UHGV virus genome: UHGV-1354897
Origin: a virus
DNA length: 61,496 bases
Reading direction: 5' to 3' (one strand)
In this document: positions 18,045-27,153 of the stretch, in pieces
How positions within the stretch are numbered: position 1 is the stretch's first letter
Layout of the letters: every line of letters begins with the position of its first letter
Program-made: the position numbers and the translations under genes
Notes under the pieces: generated by a model
Told to the model about the DNA's origin: nothing
Database searches by the model: none
What the model saw: only the letters and a program-made list of their open reading frames with translations

Positions 18045-18524
18045 ATGAAATTTATCGTTGCTTATCTGGCTGCAATTACATTCGTAAACCTGGGCTTTTC
18101 CTACCTTCCAATGCTCAATACGCCTCTTGGCGTGGTCCCGATGATGGCTTTCTTTGTAGGTATTATCTTTGTGTTGCGTGACTACGCACAGCGTAACGCT
18201 GGTAAAGGCGTTATCCCTGCAATGATTGTGGGTTGCATCCTTAGCTGGGTATTTGGGGATCCTGCTGTTGTAGTTGCATCCGTTGCATCCTTTGCTCTTA
18301 GCGAGTTTGCGGACTATGCGGTATACACGATTACTAAGAAGCCGTTTCATCAACGTGTATTTATTAGCTCTTTGGTAGCTGTACCGATTGACTCCATTGT
18401 GTTCTTAAGTATTATAGGTATTGTTAATCCGGGATCAATGGTAGCAATGAGCTTAAGTAAGTTCACAGCATCTGCTATTCTTTGGGTTGTTTACGAAGTT
18501 CATTCACGTACAGCGAGAGCGTAA
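18045..18524 (+). CDS. putative queuosine-precursor transporter-like membrane protein (YhhQ/DUF165-like)
   Basis: Multi-pass hydrophobic protein directly after queC; family assignment from context and general resemblance. Confidence 0.45.
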   Translation: MKFIVAYLAAITFVNLGFSYLPMLNTPLGVVPMMAFFVGIIFVLRDYAQRNAGKGVIPAMIVGCILSWVFGDPAVVVASVASFALSEFADYAVYTITKKPFHQRVFISSLVAVPIDSIVFLSIIGIVNPGSMVAMSLSKFTASAILWVVYEVHSRTARA

Positions 18525-18526
18525 AA

Positions 18527-19114
18527 ATGAAAGATAATTTGAATAAGATTTGGCACCAACACGACGGTAAAGGGATGCCTATTTTTCTTCGTAATGAGAA
18601 GTTTGAAGTTCGTTTGCGCAACGGCACACACGTTAAGAATTTATTAGATGGATGGGATTGGGCTATGGAAGGGCGTTCAGCTATGGATGAAAATAGCCCT
18701 TATAAAGTTCAAGATATTATAGCCTGGCGATATATCGTTGCGGATGATTACGTCAAACAAGCTAGCGAAAACACTCGCTCCGGATTGTACCATCAAGCTT
18801 CTGAAACAAGCATAAGTAATACATTTAATGGTGCAGTTTTTACGAAATATGAACCATCTAAAATTCCCATGAATAAATATCAGAAAATTATTTATGGTAA
18901 AGATCAAAACGGCAATGTTGTAAAGTGCATCGTGGATGTGTATGATGTCTTGGAAGCTTGGAAGACAACTAACCCAGCTTTGCAGCATTTAATTAAAAAA
19001 GCGTTGCAGCCGGGCGAACGCGGTCATAAAAGTCTGGTAGAAGACTTGAAAGATATTATTGCATCCGCACAGCGTGCATTAGAAATTGAACAGTCTAAAG
19101 AGGTATTAAAATGA
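18527..19114 (+). CDS. hypothetical protein inside the deazaguanine cluster (candidate tailoring enzyme)
   Basis: 196-aa ORF between the transporter-like gene and queD; no motif recognised. Confidence 0.6.
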   Translation: MKDNLNKIWHQHDGKGMPIFLRNEKFEVRLRNGTHVKNLLDGWDWAMEGRSAMDENSPYKVQDIIAWRYIVADDYVKQASENTRSGLYHQASETSISNTFNGAVFTKYEPSKIPMNKYQKIIYGKDQNGNVVKCIVDVYDVLEAWKTTNPALQHLIKKALQPGERGHKSLVEDLKDIIASAQRALEIEQSKEVLK

Positions 19115-19647
19115 GCTATACAGTAATTCGTTCACATGAAATTTGCGCCGGACATCGTGTTGTAGGTCACGAAAGCAAATGTCGCCACCTCCACGGTCAC
19201 AACTATAAGTTTCACTTTAAGGTTGCTCCGAAGCATGGATGCGGAAAAGTAGTGACACGAGGAAAGCTGATTGAGGACGGTCTGGACAGCGTTGGGCGCG
19301 TGATTGACTTTAGTGTGGTTAAAACTACGCTCTGCCAGTGGCTAGAAGATAACTGGGATCATAAGTTTCTACATTGGGAAAAGGATATGTTGATCAACGG
19401 ACTGCAATGTTGTATTGAAACGGATACTCAATCTGAACGCGGTTGGCCTACTTTCGGTGAAGGGGATGAAGATCTTAAAGCTTTTAACGATTCACTGGTA
19501 TCTTTGCCGTTCAACCCAACTGCGGAAAACCTAGCTGCATATATGGTTGAAGTGATTGGTCCGCTACTGCTTGACGAACATGGCGTTCAACTTGTAGAAT
19601 GCACCATCGAAGAAACTTCGAAATGTCACGTAAACTATAGCCTGTAA
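19111..19647 (+). CDS. queD: 6-carboxy-5,6,7,8-tetrahydropterin synthase
   Basis: Motif CAGHRVVGHESKCRHLHGHNY typical of QueD/PTPS; longer than bacterial QueD. Confidence 0.75.
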   Translation: MSYTVIRSHEICAGHRVVGHESKCRHLHGHNYKFHFKVAPKHGCGKVVTRGKLIEDGLDSVGRVIDFSVVKTTLCQWLEDNWDHKFLHWEKDMLINGLQCCIETDTQSERGWPTFGEGDEDLKAFNDSLVSLPFNPTAENLAAYMVEVIGPLLLDEHGVQLVECTIEETSKCHVNYSL

Positions 19648-19678
19648 TATGACCACATTAACAAGGAAACTGCAAACC

Positions 19679-20287
19679 ATGTCAAAATTTACTATTAATG
19701 ACGAAAGTATTCAATTTGAAATTACTCGCGCGGTGCGCGCTTTACTAACTCGAATTGAAAATTGCACTGAATTACGTCCAGGTTTGGAAGAGACTCCATA
19801 TCGTGTCGCTAAAGCCTATGCTACATGGTTCGGCGGTTATAATGTGGATATTGCTGGTCTGTTTAAGACCTTTGAAGACGGGGCGGAAGGTTCAAATGAA
19901 ATGGTCATCGTCCGTGATATTCCAGTTTATAGCCATTGTGAACACCATATAGCCCCTATTATCGGTCGCGCTGTTGTGGGGTATGTTCCTAACGGTCGCA
20001 TTGTGGGGCTCAGTAAACTGTCTCGCGTTGTGGATGCTTTTAGTCGTCGACTGCAAGTTCAGGAACGTCTTACTAACCAGATTGCTGACGCTATCCAGGA
20101 ACACCTGAATCCGAAAGCTGTATGTGTTTATATTGATGCCAAGCATATGTGCATGGAGTCGCGCGGTGTTAAGCAGGTATGCGGCAGCTCTACTATTACC
20201 AAAGCGTTCCGGGGCGCTACAGAACTGGAGCATGGTAGCGATATTGGTAAAGAATGGCGCCGGGAGTTCCTCGAAGCTTGTAAATAA
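19679..20287 (+). CDS. folE: GTP cyclohydrolase I
   Basis: FolE signature YSHCEHHIAPIIGRAVVGYVPNGRIVGLSKLSRVV; AAGGAA RBS favours ATG at 19679 over 19649. Confidence 0.85.
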   Translation: MSKFTINDESIQFEITRAVRALLTRIENCTELRPGLEETPYRVAKAYATWFGGYNVDIAGLFKTFEDGAEGSNEMVIVRDIPVYSHCEHHIAPIIGRAVVGYVPNGRIVGLSKLSRVVDAFSRRLQVQERLTNQIADAIQEHLNPKAVCVYIDAKHMCMESRGVKQVCGSSTITKAFRGATELEHGSDIGKEWRREFLEACK

Positions 20288-20304
20288 TAGATAGCTTTAC
20301 AGAT

Positions 20305-20343
20305 CAAGCCCATATCGGTCATAATACTGGTATGGGCTTTTTA
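20305..20343 (+). terminator. intrinsic terminator candidate
   Basis: Stem CAAGCCCATA...TATGGGCTT with long loop followed by TTTT. Confidence 0.5.
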
Positions 20344-20358
20344 GTCATTGGAGGAAAT

Positions 20359-20565
20359 ATGGTAAGACAATACTTTTTCAACGTTCGAGCTGTAGAAAAA
20401 GGTACTTTCAGAGTTCTGTTATGTATGGACGGTATTGCTGAAAGCAGTAACGCAAAACAAATTCATGCGGATCTGCATGTTAGAGTTGAACAGATCTTAA
20501 GCGAGCAATGCTTTAAGAAAGAAAATTATCTCATTGAAGTAGTCGCTTTAAACAACGTGGAGTAA
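20359..20565 (+). CDS. hypothetical protein
   Basis: GGAGGA RBS before ATG at 20359. Confidence 0.55.
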   Translation: MVRQYFFNVRAVEKGTFRVLLCMDGIAESSNAKQIHADLHVRVEQILSEQCFKKENYLIEVVALNNVE

Positions 20566-20568
20566 GAA

Positions 20569-21489
20569 ATGAACGTTTTTATGGCAGCAGTTTACACAAA
20601 CGGATATATGCCCGGGCAGCAGCGCTATGAAAAGCTGTCCGAGCATGAGAAAAATATCACGCGCAATCTGCCCCATATTTTGGAATCATACCACTACGTT
20701 GGACGTCAGAAGTATGTTGATCAAATGCGTGCGGATGGGGCTAAAGTGTTTCTCGACTCCGGTGCATTCTCCGCGCACTCGTTAGGTGCTCACATTGATA
20801 TTGTTGAATACTGCGAATACATCAAGCGCAACAAAGACATCCTTCGCGTAGAAGATGGTGCGGTGATGGCGTCAGTGCTCGATGGTATCGGTGATCCGTT
20901 GCAGACCTACCGTAACCAACTTGAAATGGAAGCACGCGGTGCTAAACCGTTACCTTGCTTTCACTTTGGGGAGGACTTCCGCTATCTTGAATACTACATG
21001 AAGAACTACGAATATATCACCATCGGGGGCATGGTAGGACGTTCCACAGACACGCTTAAAACTTGGCTGGACCGCATGTGGGACAAATACATTTGCGACG
21101 GTAGCGGACGTGCTAAGATTAAACTTCATGCGTTTGGTATTACGTCCACAACCATTATGGAACGTTATCCGTGGTATAGCTGTGACTCTTCCTCCTGGAT
21201 TCAAGCAGCAGCGTTTGGAAGTGTGGTTACTCCTCCGTGGGGCCCAATGCGCGTATCAGATAAGTCACCGGACCGCCATCATTTTGGTAAGCATGTTTCA
21301 ACATTAACTGAAATTGAACAAGACGCTGTCCTTAAATACCTTGAGCAAAACGGTTTCACTTACGAACGTTTATCAACAATCTATGAATCACGTGCTGCCT
21401 TCAACTTATGGGCGTATGGTGTAATTGCTACAAACATTAACGCTACCCATGACGGCACATTCCGTGATCGTGTAATGGAGTTATTTTGA
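20569..21489 (+). CDS. dpdA: DpdA-like 7-deazaguanine DNA transglycosylase (TGT superfamily)
   Basis: TGT-like motif FLDSGAFS; sits directly after folE/queD in the modification cluster. Confidence 0.7.
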   Translation: MNVFMAAVYTNGYMPGQQRYEKLSEHEKNITRNLPHILESYHYVGRQKYVDQMRADGAKVFLDSGAFSAHSLGAHIDIVEYCEYIKRNKDILRVEDGAVMASVLDGIGDPLQTYRNQLEMEARGAKPLPCFHFGEDFRYLEYYMKNYEYITIGGMVGRSTDTLKTWLDRMWDKYICDGSGRAKIKLHAFGITSTTIMERYPWYSCDSSSWIQAAAFGSVVTPPWGPMRVSDKSPDRHHFGKHVSTLTEIEQDAVLKYLEQNGFTYERLSTIYESRAAFNLWAYGVIATNINATHDGTFRDRVMELF

Positions 21490-21716
21490 TGGCTAACTTA
21501 AGAAGACCAAAAGGCAAACGTAAATATACTCACACAGGCGTAAGAATTAATTATTACGGTGAAAACAGAGTAGTATTTCTCCACAAGACACCTAAGCAGT
21601 GGCAGGATCCGTCAGGTACATGGTTTAATGCACAAGGAAAACAAATGGGGCTTTACGGATACCCTCCAACCTGCGAATTAGATTTAACCACAATTAGAGC
21701 AATCGAGGATCGCTAA
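21486..21716 (+). CDS. hypothetical protein
   Basis: 76-aa ORF overlapping the dpdA stop. Confidence 0.5.
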   Translation: MMANLRRPKGKRKYTHTGVRINYYGENRVVFLHKTPKQWQDPSGTWFNAQGKQMGLYGYPPTCELDLTTIRAIEDR

Positions 21717-21952
21717 TGACACCAGTATGTGAAGAATATATTACTTCTCAATCTAAAGCTGGGGGTAAAGCGGTAGGTCGTGTTGCTATCGCTAAGTTAA
21801 CAAACGCGGGCTATGAACCAAAAGTCACCCCGCCTCCCCCTGAGCCCTGGATATGGGAGAAAAACGGGGGTCGTATTATAGCCATTACATCGTATATGGG
21901 ACCTTTTAGATTAAAGATTGAGTATCTTGTAGACTTAGATGGGGACTCCTAA
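21716..21952 (+). CDS. hypothetical protein
   Basis: 78-aa ORF. Confidence 0.5.
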   Translation: MTPVCEEYITSQSKAGGKAVGRVAIAKLTNAGYEPKVTPPPPEPWIWEKNGGRIIAITSYMGPFRLKIEYLVDLDGDS

Positions 21953-22905
21953 TGCTTGACGCTCTTAAATTTGTTCAAGGCTCCGTCGCTAAAAAGGAAC
22001 TGGTAGAAGGGCTTACCAGCTTTCTTATCCGTGATGGGCAGGTACAGGGCTTTAACGGTGTTATTGCACTGGGTAGTCCTATTGAGTTGGATATTGATTG
22101 CAAGCCCGAAGCTGGGCCTATGATTAAAGCTATTTCCAACTGCGATGAAACAGTGCAGCTAACAATGATGGCTAACGGTAAGTTAAATATCAAGTCCGGT
22201 CCGTTTCGTGTTGCTATACGCTGCATTGATAAAGAAACGCCGCACGTATTTCCTGAAGGTGATTTGTACGAAATAGACGGCGCTCGCTTCGTGCATGGTG
22301 TAAAGTCCGTTGCTCCATTTGTTGGGTCCGATGCTTCCCGTCCGTGGGCTTGCGGTATCCTGATTAATAACGGTAGCCTGTTTGCTACAAATAACGTCAC
22401 TATTGCGGAATACTGGTTTGGTAATCAGTTCCCTATTGATTGCATAATACCTTCCGTTGCAATTAAAGAAATACTGCGTATTAAAGCTAACCCGACGCAT
22501 ATTCAGGTTAGCAAGAATAACGTAACGTTTCATTATCCGGAAGGTCGCTGGTTGCGGACACAGCTTATTGATGCGGAATGGCCCGATATACGTCGTATTT
22601 TAAATGTTCAATGCAATGCACATCCTGTTGATCCAGGTCTTTTTGAAGGCTTGCATAAAATTAAACCGTTCGCAGAAGACCGACCGCGTGTATATATTGA
22701 AAACGGTCTAGCCCGTACTCACTATGATGATGCAGAAGGTGCAAGCTTCGTATTACAGGACCGCACTATAACGGGAGTGTACAATATTGACATCCTGCTA
22801 TTGCTTGAAAATGTGGTTAAGACGGCGGACTTTAGTTTATATCCGCAACCTTGCGCATTCTTTGGGGAAAACCTTCGCGGTGTATTAATTGGAGAACGTG
22901 TATGA
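21952..22905 (+). CDS. DNA polymerase sliding clamp-like protein (DnaN-like)
   Basis: C-terminal segment LIDAEWPDIRRIL resembles the beta-clamp segment LVDGRFPDYRRVLP (recalled from memory); placed directly upstream of the polymerase. Confidence 0.5.
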   Translation: MLDALKFVQGSVAKKELVEGLTSFLIRDGQVQGFNGVIALGSPIELDIDCKPEAGPMIKAISNCDETVQLTMMANGKLNIKSGPFRVAIRCIDKETPHVFPEGDLYEIDGARFVHGVKSVAPFVGSDASRPWACGILINNGSLFATNNVTIAEYWFGNQFPIDCIIPSVAIKEILRIKANPTHIQVSKNNVTFHYPEGRWLRTQLIDAEWPDIRRILNVQCNAHPVDPGLFEGLHKIKPFAEDRPRVYIENGLARTHYDDAEGASFVLQDRTITGVYNIDILLLLENVVKTADFSLYPQPCAFFGENLRGVLIGERV

Positions 22906-23048
22906 CAAATGAAGAAACATATAAAGAGGCTTGTGATAAGGTTATACTTTCGCGCTCAAATAAAAACCATAAACCTACACCTGCTCCGGAAGGGTTAAGC
23001 GACGATGAACTTTTAAAATGGTTGGAGTCTTTTAAAGATGAGGACTGA
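22902..23048 (+). CDS. hypothetical small protein
   Basis: ATG at 22902 overlaps the clamp stop. Confidence 0.45.
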   Translation: MTNEETYKEACDKVILSRSNKNHKPTPAPEGLSDDELLKWLESFKDED

Positions 23049-25023
23049 TGCTATTGGTTTCTTTTGGCAGGACTTACCGCCTGAGCCAAAAGCAAAGAAA
23101 GAAAAGGTTAAACGTTTACCGCCGGAGCGCACTTGGGAGCGCCCGGATTATCTGCCAAACTTAGAGGAAGCGCGGAACTTCCAATACAACCTGTATACGC
23201 AGGACGAACTTATTCAAGCATGGATTAACCGCGAACCGCTTGTATACGATATTGAATGTTATCCAAACTATTTCTTAATCGCGTTTCGCGGAGTACGGAC
23301 TAAGAAAGTTGTCTACTTCGAAATGTATCACGGTTGTAGTTTGAATTGCTTGTTACTTAACTGGATAATGACAAACTTCCTTATCGTAAGCTTTAACGGT
23401 AACGGGTACGATATGCTAATTGCTACGCTTGCGCTTAACGGCTGCTCTAATGCTCAGCTTAAAGATGCAACCGATAAGATAATCGTTGAAGACTGGCGTC
23501 CTTCTGATGTGTTGAAGAGTTACCGCCTTAAGCGTATGCAGAACGTTAACCACATTGATATTATGGAAGTTCTGCCTGGATCTGGTGGTTTGAAACAATA
23601 TGGCGGACGTGTACATACTCGCCGTATGCAGGATTTACCGTTCAAGCCAAATACAATGCTGACGCAGGACCAGATGTTGATTGCACGCTGGTACTGTATT
23701 AACGACCTTGTACAGACGGAAGAATGTTTTATTGCATTGCAAGAGCCTTTGCACCTTCGTGAAATTATGTCGCAAGAATATGGTGTGGATCTGCGTTCAC
23801 GTTCTGATGCGCAGATTGCAGAAGACGTAATTAAACACGAAATTCAAGCGTTAACTGGTGTGCGTCCCCAGCGTCCCCAAGTTTATCCTGGAACAAAGTA
23901 TGCGTATAACATACCGAACTTTATTCGTTTTCAAACACCTCTGATGAATAGTGTTTTGGATATTGTTCGCGACTGCCGCTTTGTTGTTAGTGATAACGGT
24001 GGTGTTAGCTTGCCCCCAGCGTTAACAGGTCTTGAAATCAAGATTGCGGACGGTGTCTACCGTATGGGTATTGGCGGTCTGCACAGCTCCGAAGAATGTG
24101 CTGGACATGGTAAAGAGCCAGGTATTAAGAAGCGGGACATTGACGTAACGTCCTATTACCCTTCAATTATTCTTAATCAGGGCTTATACCCCGAACAGTT
24201 GGGACCAGCTTTCCTTCGTGTTTATAAAAGCATTGTAGACCGTCGTATTGCGGCTAAGCACTCAGGGGACAAGAACACAGCCAACACGCTGAAGATCGTT
24301 ATCAACGGATCGTTCGGTAAATTGGGTTCAATGTGGTCTGTATTGTACGCGCCACAATTATTGATACAGGTAACTATCACCGGACAGCTATCCCTGTTAA
24401 TGCTTATTGAAGCATTCGAGCTAAACGGTGTTAAAGTAATTTCAGCGAATACCGATGGTATTGTGGTTAAGTATCCCGACCACATGCAGGACTTCGTTGA
24501 TAACATGATCAAGTGGTGGGAATCCGTCACAGGTTTTGAAATGGAATCCACTTATTATGACAAGCTATACAGTGCCAACGTCAATAACTATGTAGCTGTC
24601 AAAGAACCTGATGCAGAAGGTAACGTTGAAGTTAAGCGTAAGGGCTGGTTTGCCAAGACAGGACTTCAAAAGAACTGTACGGGCGAAATTATCATGGAAG
24701 CGGTATGTGAATGCCTGGCCCACGGTACGCCTGTTTCTCGTACTATACGCAATTGCAACGATATTAGAAAATTCATTATCCTACGTGCGGTGAAAGGTGG
24801 CGCGGTATGGAATGGCGAATTTTTGGGTAAGGTTGTACGCTGGTATTTAAGCACCAATGAAGAAACTCCCGAAATAATCTATGCTAACTCGGGCAACCGT
24901 GTAGCTGGTAGCGCGGGAGGTGTCCCAATCATGACGCTACCGGATAAAATACCGGACGACATAGATTATGATGCTTATATAGCTAAAGCAGAGAAGTATC
25001 TCGAAGACATGGGATACGCCTAA
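23038..25023 (+). CDS. DNA polymerase with family B-like motifs (compact, 661 aa)
   Basis: Exo I-like YDIE; motif A DVTSYYPSIIL; motif B KIVINGSFGKLG; motif C-like SANTDGIVV. Confidence 0.75.
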   Translation: MRTDAIGFFWQDLPPEPKAKKEKVKRLPPERTWERPDYLPNLEEARNFQYNLYTQDELIQAWINREPLVYDIECYPNYFLIAFRGVRTKKVVYFEMYHGCSLNCLLLNWIMTNFLIVSFNGNGYDMLIATLALNGCSNAQLKDATDKIIVEDWRPSDVLKSYRLKRMQNVNHIDIMEVLPGSGGLKQYGGRVHTRRMQDLPFKPNTMLTQDQMLIARWYCINDLVQTEECFIALQEPLHLREIMSQEYGVDLRSRSDAQIAEDVIKHEIQALTGVRPQRPQVYPGTKYAYNIPNFIRFQTPLMNSVLDIVRDCRFVVSDNGGVSLPPALTGLEIKIADGVYRMGIGGLHSSEECAGHGKEPGIKKRDIDVTSYYPSIILNQGLYPEQLGPAFLRVYKSIVDRRIAAKHSGDKNTANTLKIVINGSFGKLGSMWSVLYAPQLLIQVTITGQLSLLMLIEAFELNGVKVISANTDGIVVKYPDHMQDFVDNMIKWWESVTGFEMESTYYDKLYSANVNNYVAVKEPDAEGNVEVKRKGWFAKTGLQKNCTGEIIMEAVCECLAHGTPVSRTIRNCNDIRKFIILRAVKGGAVWNGEFLGKVVRWYLSTNEETPEIIYANSGNRVAGSAGGVPIMTLPDKIPDDIDYDAYIAKAEKYLEDMGYA

Positions 25024-25032
25024 ATTCTACTT

Positions 25033-25057
25033 GCAGACCCTTCGCGGGTCTGTTTTA
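25033..25057 (+). terminator. intrinsic terminator
   Basis: Hairpin CAGACCC-TTCG-CGGGTCTG followed by TTTT. Confidence 0.75.
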
Positions 25058-25087
25058 ATATATGCATACAACAAGAGGAGATACAAA

Positions 25088-25372
25088 ATGAGCTTAGTAG
25101 ACGATTACAATAAAGGTAAAATCGACGCGGTGGAACTTAACCGTCAGCTTAATAAACAAAATGAAGAACGCAAACAAGGTAAGTACCTTACAATGATTGT
25201 TGCACTTATCTTCACTGTTATTGGCGGATGTGTTTACGGCTACATTAACCACACTGTTGAAGCTGGCAATGAATGTCGCGCTAAATATCCAATTCACGTT
25301 GGTGTAACTCCACAGGAAGACATTGATGCGCTTCTGGAACTTCAAGCCTTATGTCGTAAAGGGAAAGCATAA
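25088..25372 (+). CDS. hypothetical membrane-anchored protein
   Basis: GAGGAG RBS before ATG at 25088; one central hydrophobic helix. Confidence 0.55.
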   Translation: MSLVDDYNKGKIDAVELNRQLNKQNEERKQGKYLTMIVALIFTVIGGCVYGYINHTVEAGNECRAKYPIHVGVTPQEDIDALLELQALCRKGKA

Positions 25373-25905
25373 TGAAACGTTTATTACTCGTAGCCTTGCT
25401 GATAGCGCCTGGTGTCCAAGCTGTGGATTTAAAAGATGCAGCAAAGAAACTATGCCAAGACCATCCTATTAAGTTACAATGTGAAGAGCTTGTATCCAGC
25501 ATGTTAACCAATTCTTACGTGATGGGACAAACGCAGCTTGGATGTGAGTTAGGTATTATTGATGCGTGCAAAGCAGCGCGTACCAATAAACATTTTGAAA
25601 AGAACGCACGTTGGCTGGAGCAGCGCATTAGAACCCTTGATCATAGGGGTACTTTTGGGGGGCTAGCCGCGTGTAAAACCTTAAAGGGGTACATTAGCAT
25701 GGCTGGTAAAGAAAAGAGCGTAGCAAGCGATTTAGCTGCGGATGTAGCAAGTCGCGAACCGTGGCAACATGGTGACAAACCAGTAGTTTACATTCACGTC
25801 TATTACTGGAATAATATGACAGCGGAGCAACAAGAAGCGTTGAAAGTTTTAGCCGACGTTATTGTTGTTCCTGAGGAACCATCACCGGAAACACCGGAAG
25901 CGTAA
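25372..25905 (+). CDS. putative secreted/periplasmic protein with cleavable signal peptide
   Basis: N-terminus MKRLLLVALLIAPGVQA with AxA-type cleavage site; six cysteines in the mature part. Confidence 0.6.
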   Translation: MKRLLLVALLIAPGVQAVDLKDAAKKLCQDHPIKLQCEELVSSMLTNSYVMGQTQLGCELGIIDACKAARTNKHFEKNARWLEQRIRTLDHRGTFGGLAACKTLKGYISMAGKEKSVASDLAADVASREPWQHGDKPVVYIHVYYWNNMTAEQQEALKVLADVIVVPEEPSPETPEA

Positions 25906-25911
25906 CAAATA

Positions 25912-25936
25912 AATACCCGCGTTCGCGCGGGTATTT
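25912..25936 (+). terminator. intrinsic terminator
   Basis: Hairpin TACCCGCG-TTCG-CGCGGGTA followed by TTTT. Confidence 0.8.
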
Positions 25937-25948
25937 TAAGGAGCGAGC

Positions 25949-26134
25949 ATGGCTAAAGCAGCAAAAGGTTATCGACAGACCTTTAAATTGATAGGCGGAC
26001 CGTGGGACGGGCAGAAGGTGCAATTATATAGCGCTGGAACGCTGGAATTTTCAGTGAAAAGCTTCGACTCACGTCCAGGGCGCTATGTACCCACGGGCAA
26101 TAATTATAATCTAATTTGGGAGTTTGCTAAATAA
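25949..26134 (+). CDS. hypothetical small protein
   Basis: 61-aa ORF with GGAG RBS. Confidence 0.5.
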   Translation: MAKAAKGYRQTFKLIGGPWDGQKVQLYSAGTLEFSVKSFDSRPGRYVPTGNNYNLIWEFAK

Positions 26135-26341
26135 ATGAATGAATATGTGGTTATGTATTTTGTGATTGGCGCAATTGTTGCAGCAATGACTTATTTCTTT
26201 TGTTGGAATAACTATGACTATGCGCTAGCCCATAAGAAACGTTGGGAGAAGATTGTGGGTCTTCTATGTATACTCGCTTGCTGGCCAGTCACTATTATTG
26301 CGACTGCGTATGATCAATACATGTACAGGAGACGCAAATGA
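26135..26341 (+). CDS. hypothetical small membrane protein
   Basis: 68-aa ORF with two hydrophobic helices. Confidence 0.5.
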   Translation: MNEYVVMYFVIGAIVAAMTYFFCWNNYDYALAHKKRWEKIVGLLCILACWPVTIIATAYDQYMYRRRK

Positions 26342-26619
26342 TGGAATATCTATTAGTTGTCGTTGCGCTATTTCTAATCATTGTTGTTATAATGACCGGA
26401 GATAGTAATGAGAAGGGCTTTACAGCAATGAGCAGGGCGTTATTACGCGCCCTTGCTGTAGCACTACTTGGGACCAGCTTTGCTATGGCGTTTGGGATTG
26501 TAGACATCCCTAGCACCTATTATGGCTTTGTTAAAGTTCAACACCAACTTACTTATGCTACCGTCGTCGGATTGGGTGCTGTAACACTTGCAATCCTGTC
26601 AGCTTTTCATAAGCGTTAA
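26338..26619 (+). CDS. hypothetical small membrane protein
   Basis: 93-aa ORF with three hydrophobic segments; last gene of the rightward block. Confidence 0.5.
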   Translation: MMEYLLVVVALFLIIVVIMTGDSNEKGFTAMSRALLRALAVALLGTSFAMAFGIVDIPSTYYGFVKVQHQLTYATVVGLGAVTLAILSAFHKR

Positions 26620-26621
26620 AC

Positions 26622-26648
26622 AAAAAGGGGCTCTAGCGGCCCCTTTTC
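26622..26648. terminator. bidirectional intrinsic terminator at the convergence of the two transcription blocks
   Basis: Hairpin AAAAAGGGGC...GCCCCTTTT with A run on one side and T run on the other. Confidence 0.8.
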
Positions 26649-26653
26649 TCTTC

Positions 26654-26857
26654 TTAGAATATACGAAAGAAAGCACCGTATGGGTATACGCCAAAAGTAT
26701 TGAAAACAGGCGGTGCAAAAGCATTTACAAACACAGGAGTTGGCGCTACTGGTTGAAAAGTTTTGCAATTACACGCTGCTTGAGCCAATTGCCCCTGAAG
26801 TATACCTGCTTGTGTTGCAGGACTGCCTAGACAGCAACGGTTAGTATTACCACACAT
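26654..26857 (-). CDS. small Cys-rich protein, last gene of the leftward block
   Basis: 67-aa ORF with AGGAGG RBS; six cysteines (CC, CNC); Pro/Phe-rich C-terminus. Confidence 0.55.
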   Translation of the reverse strand: MCGNTNRCCLGSPATQAGILQGQLAQAACNCKTFQPVAPTPVFVNAFAPPVFNTFGVYPYGAFFRIF

Positions 26858-26868
26858 AGTAGACCTCC

Positions 26869-27153
26869 TTAAAGGTCGCTTTCGTTATCCTGCTTGGAAC
26901 TGGGCTTTTCGGCTTCAATCATCCCAAGTACCGCAATAACTTTAACAGCAATACGCTGAGCCAGACTGATTTGCTGCTGTGTTAATTTTCCGGTCGACAC
27001 CACAGTCATTAATCCGCTTAAGTTTCCAAGAGACTTGAAATCACTGAATGCGGATTTCATAATAGTAAGTTGATCATGACCTTCATCAGCTATAACATGA
27101 GCACGAATAGAAAGTCCTTCAACAACTTTATCAATACCTTCATTCTTCGTCAT
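26869..27153 (-). CDS. hypothetical protein
   Basis: 94-aa ORF. Confidence 0.55.
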   Translation of the reverse strand: MTKNEGIDKVVEGLSIRAHVIADEGHDQLTIMKSAFSDFKSLGNLSGLMTVVSTGKLTQQQISLAQRIAVKVIAVLGMIEAEKPSSKQDNESDL

